Below are positions 27,038 to 40,710 of a stretch of DNA of 64,000 nucleotides, one piece after another. The position numbers and the translations under genes are program-made. The stretch covers positions 28,334,001 to 28,398,000 of the forward strand of contig OX597831.1 in assembly GCA_951406725.2 (NCBI GenBank). Reading direction: 5' to 3'. Each line of letters starts with the position of its first letter. Position 1 is the first letter of the stretch. This stretch comes from Octopus vulgaris. Its lineage: Eukaryota. The notes under the pieces were generated by a model, which had not been told where the DNA came from, made no database searches, and was given only the letters and a program-made list of their open reading frames with translations.

Positions 27038-27591
27038 GCCCTGATGCAGTACCAGGCAGTGGCTCTCATGGCTGCTGATCTTAACTGATTGGAAGTGTTA
27101 TCATGTACATTGTTTTGTCTTGGTATAAAAGATGGGCTACAGCAAATATTCTGCTCAATACCACAGATTTGCTTGTCAGTTGTTTGACCGTAACCAGTTG
27201 AGCATGTCCCTTAGTGGCTGACAATATGTGCATCTCTGATCACGAACAGAAGTAATGGGGGAGCATCATAGCCATGTGTTCAGAGGGATTCTTTGGGGTT
27301 TGAATAATTCATCTCTGAACACATGGGTATTTCGTTCAACATCCTTAAACAACCCTTATTCTGAGACCTTTTGAGTGAGATGGGCTACTCGACCTGAAGG
27401 AAATTCTAATTGGGCCCCACCTGCAAGGTCATGTGCTGTTTATCTTGATATGAGATCACCATGTCGCACACATATGGTTGTGATGCATGTACTTAGTGTA
27501 CCCTTATCAGACGGATAGTCATGATGGGTATATTAGGCTTTGTATATTTTATCTCAGTGTCACTTTGATGGCATGCACTCCTCTCTCACTC
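27035..27591 (+). mobile_element. ~557-bp non-coding element inserted in (AAT)n, apparently full length
   Basis: Homologous to 4445-4745, ~5750-5865 and 22245-22664; no credible ORF; (AAT)n on both sides. Confidence 0.85.
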
Positions 27592-27648
<57 letters not shown>

Positions 27649-27696
27649 ATCGAAAAATACCTTAGGAACGAGAACCTAGGTTCGAAATATCCCCAA

Positions 27697-27742
27697 GACA
27701 CCTGATGAAGGTTGGCGAGTATATCAGCCGAAACGTTGTGTT
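27697..27742 (+). ncRNA. Minimal type I hammerhead ribozyme motif
   Basis: GACAC-CUGAUGA-A-GGUUG-loop-CAGCC-GAAA-C-GUU-GUGUU; stem I 5 bp, stem II 5 bp, palindromic ACGU stem III as in dimeric Penelope HHRs. Confidence 0.75.
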
Positions 27743-28394
27743 AACAACAAACAAGATGAGGACAAATATCCGTCGAATGTAAATAATGTGGTGTAGTGAA
27801 ATATTGAGATATAATAGTTAGAAATACAACTTACAGGCAGTGAATACTTTCCAAAATGAACGCATTGCAGATGTCTAGGTTTCGCTTATGGAAATATTGG
27901 CTGTTCAAATATTGTGCTCATTAATTGACGTCGTTAATTAACTAACTTGTCTGTTTTAATTATCTCAACCTACTTAGTTTTAATTATCGGTTCTGTTATG
28001 TTATGTCTCCGATAATGAATTAGTATAAAATTTCATCTAAAGTAATCGAGACAACTTTTTTTTTAATGACCACCACCACTTTGATCGCTATCGAGAACAC
28101 CTTTGTGGACCTCCAACACTAACACCACCGCCGAGCCCCTTCCCCCACTAAATATCTTTTTTTCTGGCGTACAAGTCGACGTTGTATAAAACTGTAAACA
28201 TGAAATGTAAACATTAAAATGGTGTATAATTCGAGACCTACCTTTGTTAGCAGTAAATCTTAGTCTGAAAAAAATCGAATTGTGTGGTGGGTGGCAGTGG
28301 AAATACGGTATGTTTCTTCAAAAGCTACAAGATCTAACTTACTCAGGTTTATGTATCCACGAGGGACTAAAACATAGCACACACGCACACAAAC

Positions 28395-28474
<80 letters not shown>

Positions 28475-28558
28475 CTTTTATAATTTGGATGGGCCATTAT
28501 CCCAATGACAACACCGGCAAGAGTCGTAGTTGTCCCATTTATCATTAATTCACAGATT

Positions 28559-29130
28559 AAAGCGGTGAGCTGGCAGAAACGTTAGAACCCCGGGTGAAAT
28601 GTCTAGCGGTATTTCGTCTGCCGTTACGTTCTGAGTTCAAATTCCGCCGAGGTCGACTTTGCATTTCATCCTTTCGGGGTCGATAAATTAAGTACCAGTT
28701 ACGCACTGGGGTCGTTGTAATCGACTTAATCCGTTTGTCTGTTCTTGTTTGTCCCCTCTGTGTTTAGCCCCTTGTGGGTAATAAAGAAATAGGTATTTCG
28801 TCTGCCGTTATGTTCTGAGTTCAAATTCCGCCGAGGTCGACTTTGCCTTTCATCCTTTCGAGGTCGATAAATTAAGTACGAGTTACGTACAGGGGCTGAT
28901 CTTATCGACTGGCTCCTTCCCCTAAAACTTCGGGCCTTGTTAACACACCGGGCAAAATGCTTAGCGATATTCCGCCTGTCTTTACGCTCTGAGTTCAAAT
29001 TCTGACGAGTTCGACTTTGCGTTTCTTCCTTCGGGGTCGATAAATTAAGTACCAGTCAAGTACTGGTGTCGACGTGACCGACTTATTTCGTCACCACAAA
29101 CGTCAGGCCTTATGCTTATAGTAGAAAGGA
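28559..29130 (+). mobile_element. SINE family A tandem cluster (one full and two partial units)
   Basis: GAGTTCAAATTC..GTCGATAAATTAAGTAC occurs three times (near 28633, 28816 and 28991). Confidence 0.88.
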
Positions 29131-29368
29131 CCATTAATTGACTGATATGACGAAGTTTTACGACACACATCTGTAATCTTCTCACATGATTTTCCAGTGA
29201 CTCTATTTTGCTAAATGGGTGTCTGGTACTGAAGTATATTTCTGGTGGCGAGAGCGAGAATGTATGAATATGAGTCAGTTGCTTTCTTGTATGTTTGAAT
29301 GAATGTAATTTGGTAATGCAATGTGGTTATCGTGCTGTGTGTACACGTGAATGTGTTTTCATTTTCCT

Positions 29369-29484
<116 letters not shown>

Positions 29485-29557
29485 ATATATATGTGTATAT
29501 ATATATATATGTGTATGTATATATATGTGTGTATATATATATGTATATATATATGTG

Positions 29558-29620
<63 letters not shown>

Positions 29621-29643
29621 ATATATATGTGTGTGTGTATATA

Positions 29644-29683
<40 letters not shown>

Positions 29684-29975
29684 AGTACATGTGTATTTAT
29701 ATCTGTGTATAAGCTATACATACATACATACATACATACATACATGCATACATACATACATACATACATACATACATACATACACATACATGCTCGCGCG
29801 CGCACAGACGCGCGTATGTAGTTATTGCCGTTTATAGCTTTATTCTGCCATCTTTCATTAGAGATAATGCCTTGTAGACATGTTTCTGTTACTGCTTATC
29901 TGATTCCACGCTTGATATAACCATACCAAATAACTCCATCCATCCATCTAACCAGTCATCCATCAGTCTATCTAT

Positions 29976-30044
<69 letters not shown>

Positions 30045-30255
30045 CACGTACATTGAGTGAGCCCGTCGGCCTGTCAATCCACTAATACTTACGAATGTAC
30101 ATACATATTACACAGACGCACGTTCTCACACACATATACACAAGCACATACACATATATTGTAATGCAAGTGTTATATAATAAAATATATTACACTTACT
30201 GTTAACAATATCTGGCATAGAAGTCAGTATGTTGTACAAACAGGATATGTTTATT

Positions 30256-30301
<46 letters not shown>

Positions 30302-30559
30302 TACTTGATCGTGCTTTCTGGGTTTCGTTCACTGCTGGGCTGCCTTCTAAAGTGGGATAGAATAAACTGTGTGTAGTTTATATAAGAGTACATTGAACGT
30401 GTATTCACAAATATGTGAAAATATGTACACAAACATACAGTTGTGCGCGTGTGCATACACACGCACGTATATATATATATGTTCACACAATGATATATAA
30501 TTACATACAGGAAACCGAAAGTGTACATACGCTGCTATATGTATATATAGAAATAAGAC

Positions 30560-30780
30560 AGCAAAACAAAAAAATGGAACAAGAACTTAACAACAAAACA
30601 TCTGGACAGTTAGACGATACAAAAAAGGACAGCGTAACCAGCCGAAACTGCAAAGACTATCTGGAACTCGACTGACGAAAGAAAGCTCCGAATGACCCGT
30701 CCTTGTTTTTTTCTTGTCCTTTTTTGTAACGTCTAACTGTGCGGATGTTTTGTTGCTGCTTGTTACATTTTGGACGGAAG
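30560..30780 (+). mobile_element. Penelope-like terminus with 5' inversion
   Basis: CAACAAAACATCTGGACAGTTAGACGATACAAAAAAGGACA (30591-30631) is inverted at ~30715-30755; GAAAC and CTGACGA lie between the arms. Confidence 0.55.
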
Positions 30781-31324
30781 TTTCGTATTGAGTATTAATG
30801 TCTTCGCTGTTTACAGTTTTTCAAACACACGTGTTGTGTGGCAGTCTATACGAAGTAAGTTTTAGCGGTGTCAATTATTACTCGTTTCATTTTGGATTTT
30901 GATTTCTTATAAAATATTCTTCTTTTACCTTTCCCATGTATGTATGTATGTATGTATGTATGTATGTATGTATGTATGTATGTATGTATGCATGTATGTA
31001 TGTGTATATAAATTTTGGTGTTAGAAAGCCTTAGCTGTGATGATGAACTCTGCAATAATGCAAACTTATGCCACTTATGTCTTTGATATGTAGGGAAAAA
31101 GAAATGAGAGTCCTCTGGAGAACCTCGTGACGATTTGTTCACGGCTCCTTAGAGAAAACGTACATAATTTCTTCCTGGAATCGATAGCATAGCGATCTTC
31201 TATTTAGAGCAGTAGGAAATTAAACCATTACTTTAATGTTCATATTTGTGCATTAGACAGCACGTCATTAAATGCGTGTGTACGTGTGTATGTGGGTGTG
31301 TATGTGTGTGTATGTGTGTGCATG

Positions 31325-31377
<53 letters not shown>

Positions 31378-32209
31378 TTGTCTGTGTGTTTGTTCTTGTT
31401 GACAACATAAAAATTTATACTTTCGAGAGAACGTAAAATAGTGTCTTTTGTAATAGTGGATTTCGAAGTACTAACACCCTAAATTCACCAATCCCCCTCT
31501 CCATCACCGCCACCACCACCACAAGCATCATCACCGCCACAAGCATCAACAACATGAACACTATATCCATCGCTAGCATCATCATCATCAGCGCTAACAC
31601 CTCCACTATATCCACCACCACCACCACCACCTAATATAGACATCCTCCCGGTGTGGTAGAAATGTAAAAAGAAAATAGCTAATGACAGTTTGTGAGATAT
31701 GATTTCCACCCGGGGTGGGGGAGAACTACCTCTGTTATCTCTGCTTACGGTGAGTGAATAGTAAGGATAGTAGGGTACATTGGGTAGATTCGCATACACA
31801 CATACCCTACCACTGTTGCATGTGCCGACATACAACCCCCACCCATATATATATATGCACAGTTTTATATAAATACACACACATATAAACATATATATAT
31901 GTGTATATATACACACATACATACATTCATATATATATATATATATAAAAGAACAGTTTTCTATAAATACACAGAAATATAAACATATATATGTGTATAT
32001 TTACATACATATAATACATATATAAAATAAAGATATATATGTATGTATATTTACATATATATATGCATACAGTCTCACGTATATGTGTTTATATATACGT
32101 ATGCAGAGGCGTATGTATGTATGTATGTGCTTATACGTATGTATATGTTTTTCATCATGTATGTATTTATCTGTCTATTAATCAACCGATACTTATAGAA
32201 TATATATAT

Positions 32210-32274
<65 letters not shown>

Positions 32275-32726
32275 TACGTACATACTCACACACACACACA
32301 CACGCACACGCGCCTATATGTATATACATATATGTGTTTATATATGCGTTTAAATGTAAACACACGCACACACACATGCACACACATATATACATAGTCA
32401 CGCACATAATCGGTTGATGCTTTTTACCGTAAGTGTATCATTTGCATATTTTGAGTAATCAGCCAGTCATATTCGTCTATAATTACCATTATTATCCTAT
32501 TTGCCGTCGTCATCGCCAACATCATCATCGTCACCACCACCACCACCACCACACCGCCACCTTGCAATCACCACCGTTACAAGACATAAACCATTATGGC
32601 CGTCTTATTGATGAACGTTCACGAAAGTTGAAGTTGTAGCAGAATGCATCAGCCGAATAAATACATAATTATATATTAGGCCAATGTATCGAGTACTTTT
32701 TCCTATTTCTTATAAACAGTGTATAC

Positions 32727-32867
<141 letters not shown>

Positions 32868-32870
32868 TAC

Positions 32871-32911
<41 letters not shown>

Positions 32912-32912
32912 C

Positions 32913-32959
<47 letters not shown>

Positions 32960-33817
32960 TATATTTGTGTGTGTGTGTATATATGTATCTATATGACTGT
33001 GTGTAAATGGATGTTATGTACGTATGTATTTCTATGTTGGTAAATATAAGTATATCTAAGTATTTACATACATACACACATACTGAGGTCATATATACAT
33101 TTATATATACACACGTACAGCCCTACGTATATATGCACGCAGTTTTTACCGTGATGTATCTTATCAGCAATTTTCTTAATAAGCGTGCTATTAACGTAAT
33201 CACAATCACTATATCGAGTTACACATGTACATTCATACATGTACACATGCATATCCTTGCATTTAAACACGTACATTTGCACTCACACACGCACTGACAT
33301 GCGAAAATACAAACAGATATGCATTCCCTTTTAAGAATAGAGGAAAATAGTTTTTCTAGTGAGCGACTGGTATCGAGAGGTGCTGTATTTTTTTAGTTCC
33401 AGGTGTGCGTCTCAAGTACATTGGAGCCCGTGAGGGTGTCTCTGCAATGAGATAATAAAGCATTCCATTTGATAGTATAACTAATCCTTCTTTACTTCAA
33501 ATACCGTACAAGTGGGTAGCAATACAGCTGTGACTGTCCACTTGTTTGGTTGTTTGAAAGGCGATATGAATATAAAGTCTTTGTATAAATAGACCTTCAA
33601 CCATACCTATGTAACATTTTTCCTTCACTGTTTAATTCGGTGTTGTTGAAGTGATCTCTGCCTCATGATTTTCCCGGGTCTTAACATATCACTAAAGTTT
33701 ATAGCAGGGGCCTACAAAACTTTCCATAAACCCAATGAAAATTTAAGACACCAATAACTTTTCTTGTAAACCTTATGTAAGTTTTAGAAACGCCATCCAA
33801 TATTAACATTCTAAACA

Positions 33818-34126
33818 GGCAAGTGGCTTAGTGGTTACGGTATCTGGTTCACGACCGTAAGGTCGAGAGATCGATTTTCTGCGGCGCGTCTCCTTGCGTA
33901 ACGCATTTTAATTCTCTAGTTCAGCCAGCTGTCAAAATTGAATAGTACCTGTAATTCAAAGGCCCAGCCTTGTCACATTCTGTGTCACGCTGAATTTCCC
34001 TGAAAACTACATCAAGGGCACGCGTGTCTGCGGAGTACTCAGCCAATTGCATTTTAATTTCACGAACAGGTGGTTCCGTTGAACAGATTTACCGGAACCC
34101 TCGTCGTCGTGACCGATAGAATGCCA
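33818..34126 (+). mobile_element. SINE family C-related, diverged
   Basis: GTGGCTTAGTGGTTA head; CAGCCTTGTCACATTCTGTGTCACGCTGAAT and 3' end align with 2903-3060. Confidence 0.8.
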
Positions 34127-34159
34127 GTAAATATATTTTAAACAGGGAAGCAACTAATA

Positions 34160-34378
34160 ACAGGTTTCTAATAAACAGTGGCTTTAAGGAACAGAACTTA
34201 AATGGCCTCTCAAACCAAAATATCCAGAAAAATTATTTGGTTTAACTCACCTTTCTCCCTACATGAGTTTTGTATTTAGAATGTTCGATTTTGAAAACAA
34301 CAACACCTTGTCGCCTCACATTATCACTCACCGCCAGGAAATCCTTGTGAACCAGTGATTGGTCCGTTAGAAACCTGT
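34160..34378. mobile_element. Possible small MITE
   Basis: 12-bp terminal inverted repeat ACAGGTTTCTAA / TTAGAAACCTGT; the subterminal GTGAACCAGTGATTGGT recurs at ~35270. Confidence 0.4.
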
Positions 34379-34870
34379 AACCAGCAATGATATCATTATC
34401 CAATTGAGAGATTAATATAAATATCCTCTCCCCAGAGGTTATAGAAGCCACACACATATTACACACGTTATTTAGATGTGAATACATAACAAATGCTGTT
34501 ATTAGTCTCTCATCGGGGCGGCGGAAGAGAACAAGAAGATAGCAATTGTTTAGATTGTAAGCAGCTTTGTGATAACGTACTTAACTCCTGTGGGTGGCTT
34601 ATGTGCAAGGTGCATGTGCCCGAGCGTGTGTACCATTTCCCCCGATGGAATAAGTAGTGAGATGAAGGAGGGGAGAGTGAAAAATGAAGGCCACCACTAC
34701 ATGTTTTCTTTCCCCAGAGTAAACTTCACGTCTTCTGCTAAATAGCGCCGGGTAAGTGGAAGTACGAACATCATAGCTTCTTTCTCTTTCCTCTCTTTCT
34801 CTCTCCCTCTATCGAATATGATAACTTTGGGTTGTTGCCCTTTATCTTCCCAGTGCATATACAACAATGT

Positions 34871-34919
<49 letters not shown>

Positions 34920-36933
34920 CACACACACACACACATATAAAAAGCATATCATAGATATTGTTCGTGTATGTGTGCAACCGTGCATGTCTGCGAATATTTT
35001 TACTTCTTACTTTACGACTTATCTATTAATCGACCTATGGTTATAAAAAATTTACACATGCGCGCACACACACGCACACATACGCACACACACACATATA
35101 CTCACCTGTGCACATGTCTGAACACACACGTTCATTCCTCTCGCCCCACCCTCCCCTCTCTCTCTATATATACACACATATATAAGATATATATATATAT
35201 ATCCCTTAGCATAGTTGTTCTACATCGAGATACAGACACTCCCTTATCATTCTCCCTCTCACAAATATAGTGAACCAGTGATTGGTTGTCTTTTAGTAAC
35301 ATAAGACCTATAAGATACACAAAAATCCATATGGCCCCCGGTTGAGAACATTTGAATTTGTACCCTGCATGGCCGCAGACCCATGGGTGAAAGAAGCAAA
35401 AGATAAGATACACAATTTCTGCAGTGAGTGCCATGCCTTCTTGATTGGCAAATCAAACATCCATGGATTATGTCCCCCTTAATATCTCAATAGCGAATTT
35501 TGAATGGGGTGACTAGTGCAGGAGTATTTATTTTTAAGCTCAACAATTTCGCTTAGTTTTAAAGTGTTCAAGAAAACAAAACCTGATTTTGTATATTGAG
35601 CACACTCATAGAACAACTGCCCTACATTTTGAACACTCCTCTTACAAAATGGAATAGTCTTGAGTGGTAGCATCGATGACTCTATATGATTTCTACTTTC
35701 GCCTCTGACTTCACAAGTCCAGAGTCTATTAACTGCTTCATTTAGCAGAGTTACAACCACCGAAACTATCTGATCTATTTTGCCAATTAATTTCGTATTT
35801 CTTGATCGGTTGAAAGAAGCATTAACCCTGACAGTTATTCTGAATATAAAAATGAAATATTTTCCCTAGTTTATTCAGATTTTCTGTATAGCGAGTGTAG
35901 TAACATCCATATAAATAGCTGCAGCTGATAAAACAAGATCCAAGTAGACTGTTGGTGGATTCGCCTACTCAAGGAAACAGAAAGAACTCTGTTTCATATT
36001 TAAATTCGAAGCCATGTCATAGACAGATTTAAATAAAATGCTTACCCTTCTCCCCCTACACCTCTTAGCTCAGCAATCCCATTTCCAACCATTTTATCTC
36101 AAATTTTCCCTCCACCTCACCCTATCCCGCTTCTCAGTTTCTCTTCCTTCTTTCCCCTTCTCTCTCTTTCAACCAGTCTCTTTCTCCAACCACTCGTTTA
36201 TGTATGCAAGTTCATGTTGTGTTGCGTTACGCATCAGTTGCAGCCAGTTGCTTATATACAGGCCATGTAAAACTCTACTGTGTTGCTTTTATTTCCTGTC
36301 TTACCCTGGAGAAGGATTCTGTCCAACCCGTTGCATTTTCCACTCTCCACGGCAAATATCGCTGCAGTCTCTGTCATTTTTCTCAAATAAAACAAGAAAA
36401 TAGCTGAGAAAAATCAGCTGCTGTGATATATGTATATATTTTATTGAAATAAATGTCTCCTACTGACAGAAAAAACAATCTAATTGAATTAAAGCAGAAT
36501 AAGCAGTATGTTTATTGAGGTTTCTAGCTGAGATAAAAATCTGAAGAGAAAAAAAAATATTGAGATCAATTTGCATATTTAAGATTTAAATCTACTATTA
36601 GATAATTAGATTTTTTAATCAACCATTGGACTGGATTTTCTAAAAGATTAGGATGCTACTTACAGAATTTAAGATATTTCATTTCTACATATTTGATTAG
36701 TCTTTTAATTAGATAATTCTATTAACCAGATGATTCAATTCTCGGTAATTCATACTCTCTCGATTTGTGAGTGAACTTTTTTGATGAAAGTTGCATTTTT
36801 TCAGGCGTATGTCGTATTGAATTAAATATTTAATTAACTAGAAATACATATATAATATTTAATAAATTACTTATTCAATCTGGTAATACAATAAAAGAAA
36901 TAGACTAGTGTAAAGCGTGGGATCTGATTTCTA

Positions 36934-37029
<96 letters not shown>

Positions 37030-37034
37030 GTCTA

Positions 37035-37100
<66 letters not shown>

Positions 37101-37101
<1 letters not shown>

Positions 37102-37337
37102 TTTAAAGCCTAGCCAGGCTCATGGGCACAGTTTCTCGGTTTCAATGGCGTATGTGTTGCCCAGTTGGACGGGACGCCCGTCCATTGCAGCGTTACTCGC
37201 TTTTGCCAGCTGAGTGAACTGGAGCAACGTGAAATGAAGTGTTTTGCTCAAGAACACAACGCGTCGCCCGGTCTAGGAATCGAAACCACAATCTTACGAT
37301 CATGATGCTGACACCCTAACCACTAAGCCACGCGCCT

Positions 37338-37340
<3 letters not shown>
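37101..37340 (-). mobile_element. SINE family D
   Basis: Near-identical to 6861-7101. Confidence 0.88.
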
Positions 37341-37390
<50 letters not shown>

Positions 37391-38317
37391 TATATATATA
37401 TATATATATATACGAACGCTTACAAACCTAAGTACGTACATATGAGTGTTTATACGTGTGTGTGTGTGTGCCAGTACACACATACAAACACACATGTCAG
37501 TACGTAGCATATGTACTGGGATTGGGCAATCGGTAAAAAAATAAGATCCCATGATGCATTGTAAATACTTTTAAACCCGTTGACCATAAATATTGTCGGA
37601 ATGACAGAATAACAATGTGACCGAATGTAACGGAATGTAAATGACGTTGTCTCTCTCGGTGAAAGGAATGTTTTAGTTAAAAACTGCTTTGAATACATTT
37701 CCATGAATTATTCAAATGGAAGCCAAAGGGGTCCTTCAGGGTTTAACAACAACAACATCAGCAACAACAAAAGGAACAGCAGCAACAAAAGGAACAGCAA
37801 CAACCACTGATATCTCCATTACCACCACCACCACCACCACCACCACCACCACCACCACCACCACCACCACCACCACCACCACCACCACCACTACACCACA
37901 ACCACCACCACCACAACAACAACATCAACAGCAACAACTAATACCAACACCACTAACACAACCAATGTAATCGCCATTACAACGACAACAACGACGACGA
38001 TCACTACCACCAACACGACCACCACCATCTTAACAATAACAACAACAACAACAACAAAAGAAGCAGCTGTAATGACAAGATGAATGAGTTGAAGAAGTCT
38101 TGATGAATAAATTACATTTGTTTTGTGTTGTGTATATTTATGTATGTGTCTATGCGTTGATGTATACATAAAAATATTTTTAGGTGTGTAGGAATGTCTA
38201 CGTATGTATGTTGTGTTCGTATGTATGTTTGCATGTAACTGTACGTGTGCCGGTTCATATGTGCGTATGTGAGCACGAATGCATGTATGTATGTATGTAT
38301 GTATGTATGTATGTATG

Positions 38318-38351
<34 letters not shown>

Positions 38352-38428
38352 TGTATGTATATAAGTACGTATGTACCAAATGGTCACACGCACTATTATT
38401 AAGTCGACTTCCATCATGTTTGCAAGTA

Positions 38429-38502
<74 letters not shown>

Positions 38503-39025
38503 CATCTATTATATGTATGTATGACACACATACATACGTAAATATAAATAAATATATATATAATATCTTTCTACCCTCTCAGGAGACCTTATACACACAT
38601 GTATATATGTCTCTATGTTCATGTCTGTATGTGTGTATGTATGTGTGCGTATATTTGTGTGTGTGTGTGTGCGTGTGTGTGAATGTCTCTAATAAACATT
38701 TTAATGGTTGTTTTTTTCATGTTGCTATCTTTTCTGATCACATGAATATTTTTTTACATTTTCTTCCCCAGATATTTTAATGTCACAGTTTATAATCAAA
38801 GTGGAAACGACATCTTTTTAACGGAGAAGACGTGGAACAGTAAAGATATGCAAAACTTATCTCAACTTTAAAGTGTCACATTGTTTTCGTTATCTACATT
38901 CCAGAGATGCAGCTTTGTATGTTGTTAGAAACCAACTCCTTCCTCAGAGGAAAAATTTAAATAATTGAAAGCAGAAGAGAACATACATACACAAATAGAT
39001 AAATAGATAGATAGATAGATAGATA

Positions 39026-39313
39026 AGATTCTTTATTGGCCACACAGGGCTGCACACAGATGTGACAAGTTACAAGGTAGAGCTTTTCTTTTGGGGGATG
39101 AAAAAAAAACAAAAATCAAAAGAAACAAAAGAGGAAAAAAAACGATCAATAGGGATCATGTGATCGTCTTTTTTTCCTCTTCCCCTTCTTTCCCCTTTTT
39201 TCCCCCCTTTCATTTCTCCTTTCCCCCCTCCCCCTCTTCTTTTATTTTTATTTTTATATTTTTCATTTTATTTTTTTTTGTTCTTTTCCTCCCCTCTACG
39301 ATCCCTCCCGAGG
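39026..39313 (-). mobile_element. Tx1-like LINE 3' UTR in (GATA)n
   Basis: Reverse complement of AAAAGCTCTACCTTGTAA...CAGCCCTGTGTGGCCAATAAAGAA, as at 61527-61585; (GATA)n on both flanks. Confidence 0.85.
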
Positions 39314-39359
<46 letters not shown>

Positions 39360-39459
39360 CATACATACATACATACATACATACATACATAAATACATAC
39401 ATACTTACGCATACATAGATACGTACATACATACTGTATATATTTCTATATATTTTCTC

Positions 39460-39508
39460 TAGCGTCTGATGATGGTTCAGCAGGCCGAAACTTCGAAAGT
39501 AAATGTTA
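39460..39508 (+). ncRNA. Type I hammerhead-like motif
   Basis: CUGAUGA-U-GGUU-CAGCA-GGCC-GAA-ACUU-CGA-AAGU-A; stem I UAGCGU/AUGUUA pairs only with a 1-nt offset. Confidence 0.5.
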
Positions 39509-39630
39509 CAGTCGTTTCCATAAGTCATTATAGGGTCGTTATTCAGTGGTTGTCTCAGTAGACTGAACTGCAGAAACATTGAACGAAATTTAAAGCTACT
39601 CTAGTCAGAGTCATTTTGTTCTGGTTATAA

Positions 39631-39686
<56 letters not shown>

Positions 39687-39757
39687 GTATGTATATATGT
39701 ATGTATATATGTATGTGTATATATATATGTATATATATATATATATGTGTATATATG

Positions 39758-39789
<32 letters not shown>

Positions 39790-39791
39790 TG

Positions 39792-39845
<54 letters not shown>

Positions 39846-39846
39846 C

Positions 39847-40141
39847 ACCATACATCATGACACTGTGATACACGATCCCTATTGATCGTTTTTTTCCCTC
39901 TCCCCCTTTTTTCCTCTTTTTTCTTTTCTTTTTTTCCCTTTCTTCTTTTTTTCTTTACCTTTTTTTCTTTTTTTTCTTTTCCTCTTTTTTCTTTTTTTCC
40001 TTTTTTTGTTCTTCTTTCCCTTTTACGATCCCTTTTGATCGAAAACCTACGCCACCTTTTTTTTTTTCTCCCCCAAAAGAAAAGCTCTACCTTGTAACTT
40101 GTCCCATCTGTGTGCAGTCCTGTGTGGCCAATAAAGAAACT
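39847..40141 (+). mobile_element. Tx1-like LINE 3' UTR in (TATC)n
   Basis: CGATCCCTATTGATC...CGATCCCTTTTGATCGAAA...AATAAAGAAAC matches 61380-61586; (TATC)n on both flanks. Confidence 0.85.
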
Positions 40142-40142
40142 G

Positions 40143-40232
<90 letters not shown>

Positions 40233-40593
40233 ATTAAGTATATGATTTAACTATCAAAGTTCAACAAATTCAGTCCTATTTTTCGTAAATGGAGGAGATT
40301 AGATGTTACTATAGATTGAAATTATTTTTTTTATTCATGTAGTTATACGATCGTTTCATACAGAAAAACAATAAATTCATTTTCAGAATCTGGGTTGTCA
40401 AAAAATATTCGTGAGTAGCAGAAATTAAGGAAAAGTAAAAAAGCTACAAAGACGTTGAAGTTACATAGGTATGGTGTTCGTAATGAGCAATTGTTCTTAG
40501 AGTCATGTCAATTTAAAAGAAGACTCTTTTGGAAATTACTATATGAAACATGAAATCTTTTGGAAACTATTCCAATTAAAGTACGAATATATG

Positions 40594-40710
40594 ATAAGAA
40601 AATGGAGAAACAATTTAGTTGGTTTATCGGCTTTAGGATAAAATAAGTAAGTCAACATTCTAATATCCTAAAGCTGATGAACCAACTAATGTGCTTTTCC
40701 ATTTTCTTAT
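40594..40710. repeat. ~47-bp inverted repeat
   Basis: TTAGTTGGTTTATCGGCTTTAGGATA pairs with TATCCTAAAGCTGATGAACCAACTAA, plus outer ATAAGAAAATGGA / TCCATTTTCTTAT. Confidence 0.75.

Larger units (their letters stand above)
26723..27790 (+). mobile_element. Composite: inverted Penelope-like tail, tRNA-derived head, (AAT)n, hammerhead-bearing tail, with a nested insertion
   Basis: 26762-26839 is the reverse complement of ~27714-27789; A box 26849-26859, B box 26892-26903; HHR 27697-27742. Confidence 0.7.

Noticed and set aside
34718-34751. 34-nt candidate exon (TTTTCTTTCCCCAG acceptor, GTAAGT donor)
   Set aside because: Stops in all three frames and no partner exons; at most a non-coding exon, unsupported without RNA data.
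35479-36407. Non-repetitive short ORFs (93 aa minus, 121 aa plus)
   Set aside because: No recognisable motifs or convincing splice structure; consistent with chance ORFs.
40674-40680. CTGATGA within an inverted repeat
   Set aside because: No correctly placed GAAA or cleavage strand.
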